This document shows, piece by piece, positions 1 through 10,569 of a stretch of 64,000 bases of DNA. The translations under genes were made by a program, and so were the position numbers. The notes below the pieces were generated by a model, which ran no database searches, was not told the origin of the DNA, and saw only the letters and a list, made by a program, of their open reading frames with translations. Positions within the stretch are counted from its first letter, which is position 1; the number at the start of each line of letters is the position of its first letter. The stretch lies in NCBI GenBank assembly GCA_041399205.1, contig JAWKTK010000011.1, positions 122,448 through 186,447 on the forward strand. The letters run 5' to 3'. The DNA is from Pirellulaceae bacterium. Lineage in GTDB: Bacteria; Planctomycetota; Planctomycetia; Pirellulales; Pirellulaceae.

Positions 1-104
1 TTCCCGACGATGCCACCAACCGTGAACACAATCATCAGGGCGACGCCGAACACGGCGAGCAACACTTTTTGGTATTTACGAAAAAACGAAAGAGGATTCG
101 ACAT
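1..104 (-). CDS. 5' part of a membrane-anchored protein with a PpiD/SurA-like N-terminus; runs off the left edge
   Basis: Minus-strand ATG at 102-104. Translation MSNPLSFFRKYQKVLLAVFGVALMIVFTVGGIVG: basic residues then a hydrophobic helix. Only 34 codons are visible. Confidence 0.35.
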   Translation of the reverse strand, partial: MSNPLSFFRKYQKVLLAVFGVALMIVFTVGGIVG

Positions 105-509
105 GTCTATTTCACCTGGTTTAGACCACTGGATTGTGGCATTGCGGTTCGTCACATCTGCCGCCGGATGGCTCGCGCCATCTTGACAAGCGTTGCCGAC
201 ACGCATTATTGATTTCGTTGGGCCAATTCAGCGTGGGCCGATTGTAGGGACCATTGAGGTAAATTCAATCCCAAAACGGAGCTCCAAGACTGCGGATCCA
301 CTGGATTCGTGCCTTTGGGCCTTTCCCTACTGCCGAGCTGGATTATAGAGTTCCAGAGAAAAGGATTGAATGGATCGAAACAATTTTTGCGTCCAACGAA
401 CCGAACTCTTCGACTTTTCCAGGCACGTTGTTAATTCAACACGCATATTAGTGACGACGCCCAAGTTAATTACCCGCTTTTACCAGAACACGCAGTTAGA
501 TTTTTACCC

Positions 510-3407
510 TTGAACGAGTCGTCTCATATGGCAAAGAAATCCGAAGGTACCGGCAAGTCTTTGGTGATTGTGGAATCGCCAGCCAAAGCACGAACGATCT
601 CGAAATTCCTTGGCAAGAACTATACCGTCGAAGCCAGTGTGGGGCATGTTCGAGACCTGCCCAGCGGCAGTAAACAGGTTCCCGAAGAATTCAAGAAAGA
701 GAATTGGTCCTATTTGGGGGTTAATGTCGAGGATAAATTTACACCAATTTATATTATACCGGACGACAAAAAGCAGCAGGTTACCAAGCTTCGCAAGGCG
801 TTGAAGGAATCGGATTCCTTGTATCTGGCGACGGACGAAGACCGCGAAGGGGAGGCGATTAGCTGGCATTTGTCTGAAATTCTCAAGCCCAAAGTTCCGG
901 TCAAGCGTTTGGTTTTCCACGAAATCACCAAACCAGCCATCGAAGCGGCGCTCGCGTCACCTCGTGATATTGACGAAGGCTTGGTCCGCGCCCAGGAAAC
1001 GCGACGCATTCTGGATCGTCTGTACGGTTACGACGTTTCGCAATTGCTGTGGAAGAAGGTGGGTCGAGGGCTTTCGGCGGGTCGAGTGCAAAGTGTGGCG
1101 GTGCGATTGATTGTGCAGCGCGAACGGGAACGCATGGCCTTTGTGAGTTCGGACTATTGGGATTTGATCGGCACGTTTGCCAAACAACAAGGCGCGCAGT
1201 TCGAAACGACATTGGTGTCCGTGGATGGTCGCCGGATTCCTCGAGCCAAAGATTTTGATTCGGCAACCGGAAAACTGCTGAACGAAAACTTGTTGCTGCT
1301 GGATGAGACAGCGGCCAAAGAGTTGGCAGACAAACTCACCAGCGCCGAGTTTTCGGTCACCAATTTGGAAGTCAAACCGTTCACGGAAAAACCCAAAGCT
1401 CCGTTTACCACCAGTACGCTTCAACAAGAAGCCAACCGCAAATTGGGTTTCACCGCCAAGCGAACCATGGCGGCGGCGCAAAGTTTGTATGAAAACGGTT
1501 TCATCACCTACATGCGAACCGATTCCACCACGTTGGCCGATGTCGCACTGAAGGCCGCGCGAAATTTGGTTCAATCGGAATACGGCCCGGATTACCTGTA
1601 CGAATCGCCTCGAGTCTACGCTTCCAAGGTCAAGAACGCTCAGGAAGCTCACGAAGCGATTCGTCCCGCCGGAACGGAATTTCCCACGCCGATGGCGCTG
1701 AAGGATAAACTTCGCGAAGACCAGTTCAAACTTTATGATTTGATCTGGAAACGAACCATCGCCAGCCAAATGGCCGACGCCAAAAAACGTCGGATCACCA
1801 TTTCGATCGAAGGCGCCGGCGCGCTGTTCCAAGTCAGCGGTACGACGATTGATTTTGAAGGTTTTCTACGAGCGTACGTGGAAGGTTCTGACGATCCAGA
1901 AGCGGAATTGGCCGACAAGGAAACACTGCTTCCACCTGTGGAAAAGGGTGAAAAAGTCATTCCCAAAAAGATGGAAGCTAAGGGCCATTCTACCAAACCG
2001 CCGGCTCGTTTCAGCGAAGCGGCGCTCACGCAAGAATTAGAAAAACGAGGGATCGGTCGGCCCAGTACCTATGCGTCGATTATCGAAACCATTCAGGATC
2101 GTCGCTACGTTTTCAAAAAGGGAAACGCCCTGGTTCCCAACTGGATTGCGTTTAGCGTGATTCGATTATTGGAAGAGCATTTTCCCAACTTGGTGGATTA
2201 TGAATTCACCGCGCAGATGGAAGACTATTTGGATTCCATCAGTCGCCAAGAAGCGGAACACTTGAAGTATCTGAACGACTTCTATTTTGGTAACGGCAAG
2301 CCTGGTTTAAAGCCCAGTCTGAAGTCCAAGGAAGAAGAGATTGATCCGCGAGTGATGAGTCGCTTTCCCGTGGGTAATCCGCCGGCCGATTTGGAAGGCT
2401 TTAATGCGGACGAACCGATTGTGTTACGAGTGGGCAAGTGGGGACCGTTTTTAGAGCACGGCGAAAGGAAAGCGAGTCTGCCGGATGGAATGGCTCCGGA
2501 CGAATTGACTCTGGAGAAGGCGATTGAACTGTTGACGCAAGCGGCGGTGGAAGACGAACCATTGGGTGTCGATCCAGAAACGGGTAAGCCCGTTTACATC
2601 AAGGTCGGCCGCTTCGGACCGTACGTCCAGCTAGGACATCCGGACGACGAAGAGAAGCCCAAGAATGCGTCACTGCTAAAAGGCATGGTGGCCAACGAAA
2701 TTGACTTGGAAACGGCACTCAAGCTCCTTTCGATTCCTCGTGATTTAGGTGTCTACCCAGAGAATAACGAGCCGATTGTGGCATACAACGGCCGTTTCGG
2801 TCCGTACATTAAATGTGACAAGGAAACACGATCGCTGGGTGCTATTTCTCCACTGGACGTCACTCTGGAACAAGCGATCGAACTGCTGAAACAGCCGAAG
2901 ACTCGAGGCCGAGGTGCGGCGAAGGAACCGCTGAAGGTTTTTGAACAAAAGTCTCCTGTGACAGAAGAAGAAGTCAAACTGTTGGACGGTCGTTATGGCC
3001 CGTACGTTACCGACGGCAGCACCAATGCGTCGTTGCCCAAAGACGCGAAGCCGGAAGAATTGACCTTTGAACAAGCTTTAAGTCTATTGGCGGAACGTGC
3101 CGCCAAAGCTCCGGCCAAGAAGAAAAAGAAAAAGGCAGCCAAAAAGAAAACGGCCAAGAAGACGACAGCGAAGAAGAAAACGGCCAAGAAGAAAAAACGG
3201 CCCAGAAAAAGACAACAACGAAGAAAAGCAGCTAGGCGTGCGACTCTGACGATTCCGCATTGGCAGGTCGTCTGTCCAATTGCCGAAGAAGATGACCGCC
3301 CGGGAAAACTGTTGTCCTATCAGTGGCCGGCCAGGCCGATGGTTCTGGCCACTCGCCGCACGGTCCACCAAGGATTGCAGGCAGCGGCCCAACCCATCCG
3401 CAAGTAA
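510..3407 (+). CDS. topA: DNA topoisomerase I with a lysine-rich, histone H1-like C-terminal tail
   Basis: 965-aa ORF. N-terminal TOPRIM motif LVIVESPAKARTISKFLG. C-terminal tail AKKKKKKAAKKKTAKKTTAKKKTAKKKKRPRK encoded by a purine-rich tract near 3110-3230. The true start may be the MAKKSEG methionine at 528. Confidence 0.9.
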   Translation: MNESSHMAKKSEGTGKSLVIVESPAKARTISKFLGKNYTVEASVGHVRDLPSGSKQVPEEFKKENWSYLGVNVEDKFTPIYIIPDDKKQQVTKLRKALKESDSLYLATDEDREGEAISWHLSEILKPKVPVKRLVFHEITKPAIEAALASPRDIDEGLVRAQETRRILDRLYGYDVSQLLWKKVGRGLSAGRVQSVAVRLIVQRERERMAFVSSDYWDLIGTFAKQQGAQFETTLVSVDGRRIPRAKDFDSATGKLLNENLLLLDETAAKELADKLTSAEFSVTNLEVKPFTEKPKAPFTTSTLQQEANRKLGFTAKRTMAAAQSLYENGFITYMRTDSTTLADVALKAARNLVQSEYGPDYLYESPRVYASKVKNAQEAHEAIRPAGTEFPTPMALKDKLREDQFKLYDLIWKRTIASQMADAKKRRITISIEGAGALFQVSGTTIDFEGFLRAYVEGSDDPEAELADKETLLPPVEKGEKVIPKKMEAKGHSTKPPARFSEAALTQELEKRGIGRPSTYASIIETIQDRRYVFKKGNALVPNWIAFSVIRLLEEHFPNLVDYEFTAQMEDYLDSISRQEAEHLKYLNDFYFGNGKPGLKPSLKSKEEEIDPRVMSRFPVGNPPADLEGFNADEPIVLRVGKWGPFLEHGERKASLPDGMAPDELTLEKAIELLTQAAVEDEPLGVDPETGKPVYIKVGRFGPYVQLGHPDDEEKPKNASLLKGMVANEIDLETALKLLSIPRDLGVYPENNEPIVAYNGRFGPYIKCDKETRSLGAISPLDVTLEQAIELLKQPKTRGRGAAKEPLKVFEQKSPVTEEEVKLLDGRYGPYVTDGSTNASLPKDAKPEELTFEQALSLLAERAAKAPAKKKKKKAAKKKTAKKTTAKKKTAKKKKRPRKRQQRRKAARRATLTIPHWQVVCPIAEEDDRPGKLLSYQWPARPMVLATRRTVHQGLQAAAQPIRK

Positions 3408-4243
3408 CCTTTCACCGGATGGCTGCCGTAGATATCCGCCACGGCAACTCGATAATGATGCAACGAATAGGACAGCATGGCATCCTTTAGGCGAATATAC
3501 GCCGGGCGTTTTTTTTGTTGTTCCAGGAATTCGTCGTAAGTAATTGCGGGTGCCTGTGCTTCGCGGCGATCGGCCAGTGCGCAAGCGAACGCAATATGAG
3601 AACGCATGCGCCGCATCGCTTGACCGTTCAGGCTGCCACCGTGAACTCGGTAGTGATGTAGCACTTCGTCAATGTTAGCTAATTCGGCCACTTCGCCCAT
3701 GCGTAACATCATGTCCCAATCATCGATCAAGCGAAACGACCAGTAGCCGCCGATTTGCTTCAAGAGTTCGGTTCGCATCATGATGGCCGAATGGGCCAAG
3801 CCATGATATCCCTTTCGCATCGAAGGATAGATCTCTTGATGGGTCAACGGCAGATGCAAACTCTTGCCGACTTTATTGAGGCCCATCGGCGCCATTTGGG
3901 TTCCCACCAGCCCGACCTGCGGATGCGCATCCAAAAACGCCACTTGCTTTTCAAATCGTTGCGGCAGCGAAATGTCATCCGCGTCCATGCGCGCCAACAG
4001 TTCGCCGTGGCAGTGCTGAAGGCCGTGGTTGGCCGCCGCCGCCGTACCGCCATTTTCTTGCGTAATCACTCGGATTCGCGGATCATCTAGTGACGCTAAG
4101 TAGTCAGCCGTCGCGTCGGTAGAGCCATCATTCACAATAACAAAATCAAAGTCTTGGAACGTCTGGCCCAACACCGATTCCACGGCCGGCGGCAAGAACG
4201 GCATTCCGTTGTAGACCGTCATTAGAACACTGACTTTGGGCAT
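3320..4243 (-). CDS. Family 2 glycosyltransferase
   Basis: 307-aa ORF. N-terminus VSVLMTVYNGMPFLPPAVESVLGQTF...VIVNDGSTD matches the GT2 GT-A signature. Its 3' end overlaps the topA 3' end convergently by about 88 bp. Confidence 0.8.
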   Translation of the reverse strand: MPKVSVLMTVYNGMPFLPPAVESVLGQTFQDFDFVIVNDGSTDATADYLASLDDPRIRVITQENGGTAAAANHGLQHCHGELLARMDADDISLPQRFEKQVAFLDAHPQVGLVGTQMAPMGLNKVGKSLHLPLTHQEIYPSMRKGYHGLAHSAIMMRTELLKQIGGYWSFRLIDDWDMMLRMGEVAELANIDEVLHHYRVHGGSLNGQAMRRMRSHIAFACALADRREAQAPAITYDEFLEQQKKRPAYIRLKDAMLSYSLHHYRVAVADIYGSHPVKGYLRMGWAAACNPWWTVRRVARTIGLAGH

Positions 4244-4324
4244 GATGCTACCTGAGTGTGAGATGCAATCGACGAGACGATTATGGTGTGTGAATCTTCG
4301 AGATGCGTTTGGTGCGAATGCGAA

Positions 4325-5359
4325 CTAGTTTTGCTTGGCCAGCTTTTGTCGACCTTCGCGAAAATTGATCTTCGAAAAGAAACTGTTCTGCTTGAACGGA
4401 GACAACAGGCTGATGGCGCGACGCACATACCCTTCGGTAAACCAAATCCAACAACGATGTCCCAACGCGGTTTCTCGATCTCCCTTCAGCTTCGCCAGCA
4501 GATACGGCGGCACAAACTTAACGGCTGCTCGTGCCACGCGAGCTGCCGTCATGACGGGCAACAGGAAGAAACCCCAATCCTTGTATTCTCGATACGCCAC
4601 ATGGTTTCCTTGCCGCAACGACGTCCACATCATGTATTGATCTTCCATGCGATAGGGCGGAATCATGTGATGAATGATGGCTTTCGGGGCGAACCACGTG
4701 ACCACTCCGCCTTCTCGCATCCGGCGATACAGGTCGGCATCTTCGCCGCCGTCCACCAGTTCTGTGTCGAAGATTCCGATGCGTTCAAACACCGATTTGC
4801 GGATCATCAAGTTATTGGTGCCGGGCACCAAGACGCGAGTGAATTCGCAGGGTTCGGTCAGCCCGTACATTTCGCCTAACAGTCGACGGCAAGTCTTATC
4901 CAATTTGCGATCGGTTGGTTCAAGCATCAACAGCTTGACGTCTCCGCCAACAGCATCGCATTGCTTTTCTTGGGCCATGGCCAAGAGTTCCACCAGCCAG
5001 TTTTCATCGGCCAATTGATCGTCGTCAAAGAATGCTACCCATTCGCCTTGGGCTTCTTTGATGCCCAGATTTCTGGCGCTCGCTACACCCTTTTGCGTTT
5101 CAACATAAAGTCGTAACGGATAGCCGACTTCGCTTTGAGTGTCTTTGACCATTTGCGAAGTGTGATCGGTGGAATCATTATCGACCACAATCACTTCATA
5201 CGTGATGCCTCCGGTTCGGTTGAGCTTATCTAGGCTCAGCAATCCGTCCTTCAACATGTCCGCTCGATTGAAAGTGCCGATAACAATGGTGACGTCTAGA
5301 TGTGTCTGATTCACGAGTGATCTTTCGTAGGTCAAATCAAGGATTGGTGTGAACAGCAA
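4325..5359 (-). CDS. Family 2 glycosyltransferase
   Basis: 344-aa ORF with VTIVIGTFNRADMLKDGLLSL...VIVVDNDSTD, the GT2 DxD-type fold signature. Confidence 0.8.
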   Translation of the reverse strand: MLFTPILDLTYERSLVNQTHLDVTIVIGTFNRADMLKDGLLSLDKLNRTGGITYEVIVVDNDSTDHTSQMVKDTQSEVGYPLRLYVETQKGVASARNLGIKEAQGEWVAFFDDDQLADENWLVELLAMAQEKQCDAVGGDVKLLMLEPTDRKLDKTCRRLLGEMYGLTEPCEFTRVLVPGTNNLMIRKSVFERIGIFDTELVDGGEDADLYRRMREGGVVTWFAPKAIIHHMIPPYRMEDQYMMWTSLRQGNHVAYREYKDWGFFLLPVMTAARVARAAVKFVPPYLLAKLKGDRETALGHRCWIWFTEGYVRRAISLLSPFKQNSFFSKINFREGRQKLAKQN

Positions 5360-5367
5360 TTTCTATT

Positions 5368-6684
5368 CTACGGATTTGACGCCGGTGCACGAGTGAGCCG
5401 AACAAACCAAAACCACATGAACGAAGTCACACAGACGTTTGCAACAAGAATGCCAATCGCGACGCCCATGGCACCCAATTTCCAAATTAGAAATGTCCCC
5501 AGGCAAACCGAGAAAACCAAGCGAATAAACGCGGCGGAAAACAGCATTTTCCCATGGCTTATTGCTTGAAAGCCGCATTCTAACGGCATCATCATGTGCT
5601 CAGAAAACGTGGCCAATCCAAACATGACAACCAGTTGTCCCAAGCCGGCGTATTCTTCCTTGCACAAGAAAACCACAACGGCGTCGCCAAAAATCGCCAA
5701 GAAGATGCAAAAAAGCGACAACAACGCACCCATGCCGACAAACGTCTTAAACACCGATCCAAAGAGTGCTCGCGCACCTTGCTTCGCAAAAATCGTTGCC
5801 GAAGTTGGTCCGTAGAAATTGGATAGACCTAATAGAAGAGGGTTAGCCAAATAGACCACCGTTTGGACCGCCGTTAGATTGGCCAATTCGGAATAGCTAT
5901 GAAATTTCGCCAGTAGCGATCGATACAGGAAGTTTGCCAACATCACCGCTAACGCGCCAACAAAGATCCACTTGGAAAACTGCCAATTGTGTTTGGCGTC
6001 TTCCTTGACTTGTGATCGTTCCATCCGAATTTCGGACCGACGCAGGTACAACCAAAACAGCGTAATGGAAGAAGAAATACCGAACGCCCAATACGCGTTC
6101 GATCCGGTCAGTTGCCCTTCCCAGGCTACAAGCCACAAGATTCCTACCTGCAGAATTGAAACCAGCGTATCCAGCACCAAGACTTCTTCATTACGCAGCC
6201 AAGCCAAGCACAGCCGCCGAGCGTGTTCGCGAATCATCACCAACACAATGGCTGGGCACAACACCAACAGTAGTCGGCCCAGCAGTGGATCAGAATTCGG
6301 CATGAGGGCCTGGGCGAAACTTGCCACAAGCAACGCCAGACCGGTTACCAAGGCGATCAGCAACATATGGACCGTAACGCTGCCAGTAAACTTGGTCAGC
6401 CGGTCGTGCGATTCCAAACGAGGAGCGAAGGTGGTGTAGGGGGTCCAAACCAATGATTTAGGTATGGCCGAAAGGAGAACGACCATACTAAAGCCGAGCC
6501 CGTAAATGCCAAATTCTTCTTTTGTGCACGATTTGGCCACAATCAGCGAAGAAGCAAAATTGGCCACACTCACCACGCCCTGATCGACCAACGCCGCAAA
6601 TCCTTTGGAAAAAAGTATGCGCAGCAGCAAGTGAGGACGTGCGACAGACGTTGCTGATTCCGAAGTTCCTGAAGCCAACGGCAC
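5368..6684 (-). CDS. Wzx-like polysaccharide flippase (polytopic membrane protein)
   Basis: 438-aa ORF, hydrophobic throughout with about 12 predicted TM helices. Sits inside a glycosyltransferase/Wzz locus. Confidence 0.65.
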   Translation of the reverse strand: MPLASGTSESATSVARPHLLLRILFSKGFAALVDQGVVSVANFASSLIVAKSCTKEEFGIYGLGFSMVVLLSAIPKSLVWTPYTTFAPRLESHDRLTKFTGSVTVHMLLIALVTGLALLVASFAQALMPNSDPLLGRLLLVLCPAIVLVMIREHARRLCLAWLRNEEVLVLDTLVSILQVGILWLVAWEGQLTGSNAYWAFGISSSITLFWLYLRRSEIRMERSQVKEDAKHNWQFSKWIFVGALAVMLANFLYRSLLAKFHSYSELANLTAVQTVVYLANPLLLGLSNFYGPTSATIFAKQGARALFGSVFKTFVGMGALLSLFCIFLAIFGDAVVVFLCKEEYAGLGQLVVMFGLATFSEHMMMPLECGFQAISHGKMLFSAAFIRLVFSVCLGTFLIWKLGAMGVAIGILVANVCVTSFMWFWFVRLTRAPASNP

Positions 6685-6727
6685 TGGGGCGTTCCTACCG
6701 ATTTACAGTGTCAAACTCTTGCCGCTT

Positions 6728-7411
6728 CTACAGAAATCGCGATATCAAGTTTGGCATATCTTGTTGCGTCTTGTTCATGACAGAACCAACCAAATTGACG
6801 CCGACGTTGTCCATCTGCTTGCGAAGCTGCGAGACCAAATGGGTTTGCACTTTTCCGGGTTCTATCACCAAGACAGTTCCGTCCATGAACGACGCGAAAT
6901 ACATCGCTTTGGGGTTATCATCCAGCATAGGCAGGTCAAAAATAATAGCCTTGTAATCTGGAGTCAGTTCGTCAATCAGCGTGTTGATGCCCAACGGCAC
7001 CACATCTGCACCTCGCTGCGAAGCATCATAGCCAAAAGGAAGCACCGACAATCCGGCAATCTGCGATGGTGCAATGTGTTCGCGTACACTTGTTCCATTG
7101 TTTAGCGAATCCAAGATCCCTGGTGCACGCGTCTTCTTGCAGAAGATGCGGCCTAACCGAGGCGAAAGGAAGTTCAGATCTACCAGCAAAACGGGGCCCA
7201 GCCCCTGTTCCGCCAATCGCACCGCCAAATTACATGCAATGGTGGTTACGCCGGCTCCCGGAGCACACGAGGTTACTCCGAGCGTCTTGATGGCGTTGTC
7301 TTGTGACTTGAAAATCCCCCATACCAAGGAATCAATGACGTGACTGCCGGGACGCCCCTGATTGTTTCGCTTGCTGGAGTTCTTCGATTTTTCGGCTGCC
7401 GATTTTATCAT
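6728..7411 (-). CDS. CpsD/CapB-like P-loop protein (BY-kinase-like; Walker A lysine not evident)
   Basis: 227 aa. VTSCAPGAGVTTIACNLAVRLAEQG...VLLVDLN resembles the BY-kinase/ParA Walker A region. GAGVTT replaces the usual GxGKS/T. Confidence 0.6.
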   Translation of the reverse strand: MIKSAAEKSKNSSKRNNQGRPGSHVIDSLVWGIFKSQDNAIKTLGVTSCAPGAGVTTIACNLAVRLAEQGLGPVLLVDLNFLSPRLGRIFCKKTRAPGILDSLNNGTSVREHIAPSQIAGLSVLPFGYDASQRGADVVPLGINTLIDELTPDYKAIIFDLPMLDDNPKAMYFASFMDGTVLVIEPGKVQTHLVSQLRKQMDNVGVNLVGSVMNKTQQDMPNLISRFL

Positions 7412-7475
7412 GGTGTCGTCTTTTGCTCGTCTATAGGAATTGGTCGAGTTGTAGCGTCAGATTTCGAAACAGATC

Positions 7476-9038
7476 TTAGCGAATAGGTTGGTGCCATACT
7501 TTTCCGTAGATGCGAGACCGAGGAATCGTGCCGATGACCTTGGTACCTAACAATTGCGAAATATCTTCTTCGGAACGAACGGAATGATCTAACAAGTTTG
7601 CTAACAATCCCACAAACAATGGGATTCCCAATACCATCATGGATCCGCCCGCAATGAGCAGAAGCTTGGAAGGACTAACCGGCTTATGCCAAGATCGTGC
7701 CTGTTGAATGACGTTGATATTGGATACCAAGTCCTTTTGCAGTTGTTCCTGAATACGAGATTCTTCAAATTTGTTGTCATAGGTGAGAAAATCTTCTTTA
7801 GTGATTTGAACGTCACGCTCCAGCCCCGTGATTTCTCGTTCCGCTTGGTTTGCTTCGCGGATTTTGGCCAACAAATCGGCTTGTTGCTGCTTCAGCTTGT
7901 CCAGTCTGGCTTCTTGTCCTTGAGCGTTCGTTTCCATTTGTTCGAAACTCATCGCCAGTTGTTCATAGATGGGATTCGAATCACTGGTGGTTTCTGTTCG
8001 CCGAGCTGATTCTTGTGCAAGTTGTCGTTCCGCTTGTTGCACCGCCTCACGAGCTCGCTGCAAACGAGGATCCGATTCCTGTAACTTGGTTTCCAGTTCC
8101 ACCAGTTGTAGCTGAGCGGTATACAGCTGCTGTTGAAGAAGATCTAAGCCCGCGTTGGCGACGTCCACCTCTTCTGTCATCTTGCGTTCCGGAATCACTG
8201 ACAGTTTCTGCTTAATGGCGTCGGCCGATCCTCGGTACATGGCCAATTCACGTTCGGCCAAGAAGACGTCGTTTTCCACGGTCAGTAATTCTGTTTCCAA
8301 TTTGCTGCGATGGCCGCCGATGGACGCAAAGCCCAGTTCGGACTTGCGAGCTTCCAGTTGTTGTTCTAACGCCGTCAGTTTTTCATGCGAAGCGTCACGT
8401 TGAACCTCAAAAAAGTCTTTCGAACCATCATTGCGAAACGCCTTCACATGTTCTCGCTGGTATGCCTTGACCAGTTCGCTGACAATCGCTCGAGCCAATT
8501 CGGGCGAATCAGCAACCTGCTTGATATAGATCACGGACGAGTCTCGTTCCACCTCCACGTCCAAGGTTTCTTCCAATTCGCGAATCGCCTTTTCTCGCTC
8601 CGGAACCGGGTCAATATTGGATAGCGTGGACAAGACCGGAGCCACAACCGACGCCACCCAATCCTTTACGGCGGATTCGCGAACCGGTCCATTGTCATTC
8701 TCCAAAGGCACATCACCTAACACGACGCCGGGTGTAAGCGAATCGACAATCGCGCCCATCACTGACCGACTTAACAAGGTGTCCAGCGCCGACTTGATCT
8801 CTGAATCTCGGTTCAACTGCGCCAGTCCAATCGTCGGACCCGTCGTGGCCGTAGGGTCGATACCGATACTTTCACGTCCAATTTGCAAAAACAACTTGGC
8901 GTCGGCGTAATATTTTCGAGGCCAAAACAGAATGGCCAAAACCGTAACAGCAATCACCAGCAACTGCAGGAAAACGATCTTTCCTTTGTGCCGAAACATG
9001 GACGCCATAATGTCTGCAGGGCGGAGCGAATGGTTCAT
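7476..9038 (-). CDS. Wzz/GumC-like polysaccharide chain-length determinant protein
   Basis: 520 aa. N-terminal TM helix, long coiled-coil periplasmic region, C-terminal TM helix (LLLIAGGSMMVLGIPLFVGLLANLL). Adjacent to the P-loop partner. Confidence 0.7.
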   Translation of the reverse strand: MNHSLRPADIMASMFRHKGKIVFLQLLVIAVTVLAILFWPRKYYADAKLFLQIGRESIGIDPTATTGPTIGLAQLNRDSEIKSALDTLLSRSVMGAIVDSLTPGVVLGDVPLENDNGPVRESAVKDWVASVVAPVLSTLSNIDPVPEREKAIRELEETLDVEVERDSSVIYIKQVADSPELARAIVSELVKAYQREHVKAFRNDGSKDFFEVQRDASHEKLTALEQQLEARKSELGFASIGGHRSKLETELLTVENDVFLAERELAMYRGSADAIKQKLSVIPERKMTEEVDVANAGLDLLQQQLYTAQLQLVELETKLQESDPRLQRAREAVQQAERQLAQESARRTETTSDSNPIYEQLAMSFEQMETNAQGQEARLDKLKQQQADLLAKIREANQAEREITGLERDVQITKEDFLTYDNKFEESRIQEQLQKDLVSNINVIQQARSWHKPVSPSKLLLIAGGSMMVLGIPLFVGLLANLLDHSVRSEEDISQLLGTKVIGTIPRSRIYGKVWHQPIR

Positions 9039-9308
9039 CAGAGGTATTCATCACGAAGCTAAGGGATTCAAAAGAAAGCAAGCTCGGAATCCATTCGCCA
9101 TGTGCCAACCAACACGAAGCTGACACCTGTTCCAGCGCATTTGGTGAACATGCGGACAACCAAACGCAAACAGAAGTTAAGCTATCAGCATAAAATCACG
9201 TGTCAGCCGTGACAAGCGACCGTCTGCTTCCAACAAGCCACACCTGCCTGAAATCGGCAGATTCTGTCGATTATTAGGACTAGACGGCGGCGCCCGCCCG
9301 ATGGCACC

Positions 9309-10341
9309 TCACTTGGGCAACGCTCCGGTATCGCGGTACCAGGCCACCAGATCGTTCAGTCGAAGCTGTAACCGCTTTGTACAAGAAAATCCTAGTTCGG
9401 ACCGAATTCGCTGGCTGGAGCAAGCCCACGGACCGTTTTGGGCTTCTCTAGCCTTGTCCCAGTTGAAAATATGAGGCCTACGTCGAATTCGCCCCCACGC
9501 TTCATTGACCGATGCGGTGGTGTTAATTAGCCAACGAGATGCTTGGACGGTTCGAACCGTTCGCTTCTCTAATGCTTTGGCCAGCATGTCTCCCAGCTCC
9601 GCGAAACTAGGCGTCTGTTCGGCTGCCACAAAATAGACACCTCGGCTATCGGCGCCGCTGGCAAACTCACAATTCAACGTTTGCCCTTGTTCCGCCACCA
9701 ATTTCAATGCCACGGCAACATCCTCGGCCGCGATTAACGAAATCGGTTGGCTATGTGTCAGCGGAGCCAGATGGACGCCGAATTGACTAATCGGCTTCAC
9801 CATCTCGAGGAACTCGGTGTCATGCGGTCCAAAAACAATGGGAGGTCGCACAATAGATATGGGCATGTGCTGGGCGAACCGAGCTGCTTCCAGTTCTGCG
9901 CGGCGTTTGCTGGCGCCGTAGCGTGAAACTGGCGAAACCGGATCTTCTTCTCTTCGAAGACGACCGGTCAGCGCTGGCCCCGCAGCCGCCAGCGACGACA
10001 CGACAATCAGCTTGGGCGGCGTCGATTGCGGCACACACCTTTGCCAATGTTGCTGTGCCTTGCGAATTGGTACGAAACAAATCGGAGGCACGAAACGCCT
10101 TGGTCAGTCCGGCCAGATGGTAGACCACATCTATTGGTCCCACGGCAGTTCGCAAACTCGATTCATCATTCAGGTCACCATGAACGAATCGAACTTGCCA
10201 AGATGTGAGGCGGTCCACGCGAGACGATGCTCGCACAAGACATGTGACATCCTCGCCCGCCCGCGCCAAATGCGCAACGACATGTGCTCCCAAGAAGCCA
10301 GAAGCTCCCGTAACCAGAACGCGACTCATTACGACGACCAA
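9309..10341 (-). pseudogene. NAD-dependent epimerase/dehydratase interrupted by a frameshift near 10020-10030
   Basis: Two overlapping minus-strand ORFs in different frames. 9820..10341 has the N-terminal Rossmann motif MSRVLVTGASGFLGAHVV. 9309..10091 has the YGASKRRAE (YxxxK) catalytic motif and the C-terminal part. Reading continuity switches between ...KVCAAIDAAQ and PKLIVVSS. Confidence 0.7.
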
Positions 10342-10569
10342 AACTTAGAACCATCTTTGAATGGCATTTGCCGCCAAGAATCAAACCGGGTAACGCCGGA
10401 AGCCGCAGGGCATTAGATTCGCTACACCAAGTGTGTTAGCCGAGCTGTGAGAGAAGAGGCCTGATTCACCAACACAAAACATCATAACATGGACGTTTTC
10501 GTCCGCCAATCGCCAAGCCTCCGTTATCACGTCAAATCACCGTAGCTGCAATTGCATGTTCGTCTTTGC

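Noticed and set aside
957-1832. 291-aa minus-strand ORF antisense to topA
   Set aside because: It lies entirely inside the well-supported topA coding region, has no motif and has Arg/Gly-rich composition typical of antisense frames.
3755-4090. 111-aa plus-strand ORF inside the GT2 gene region
   Set aside because: It is antisense to a glycosyltransferase with clear family motifs and has no support of its own.
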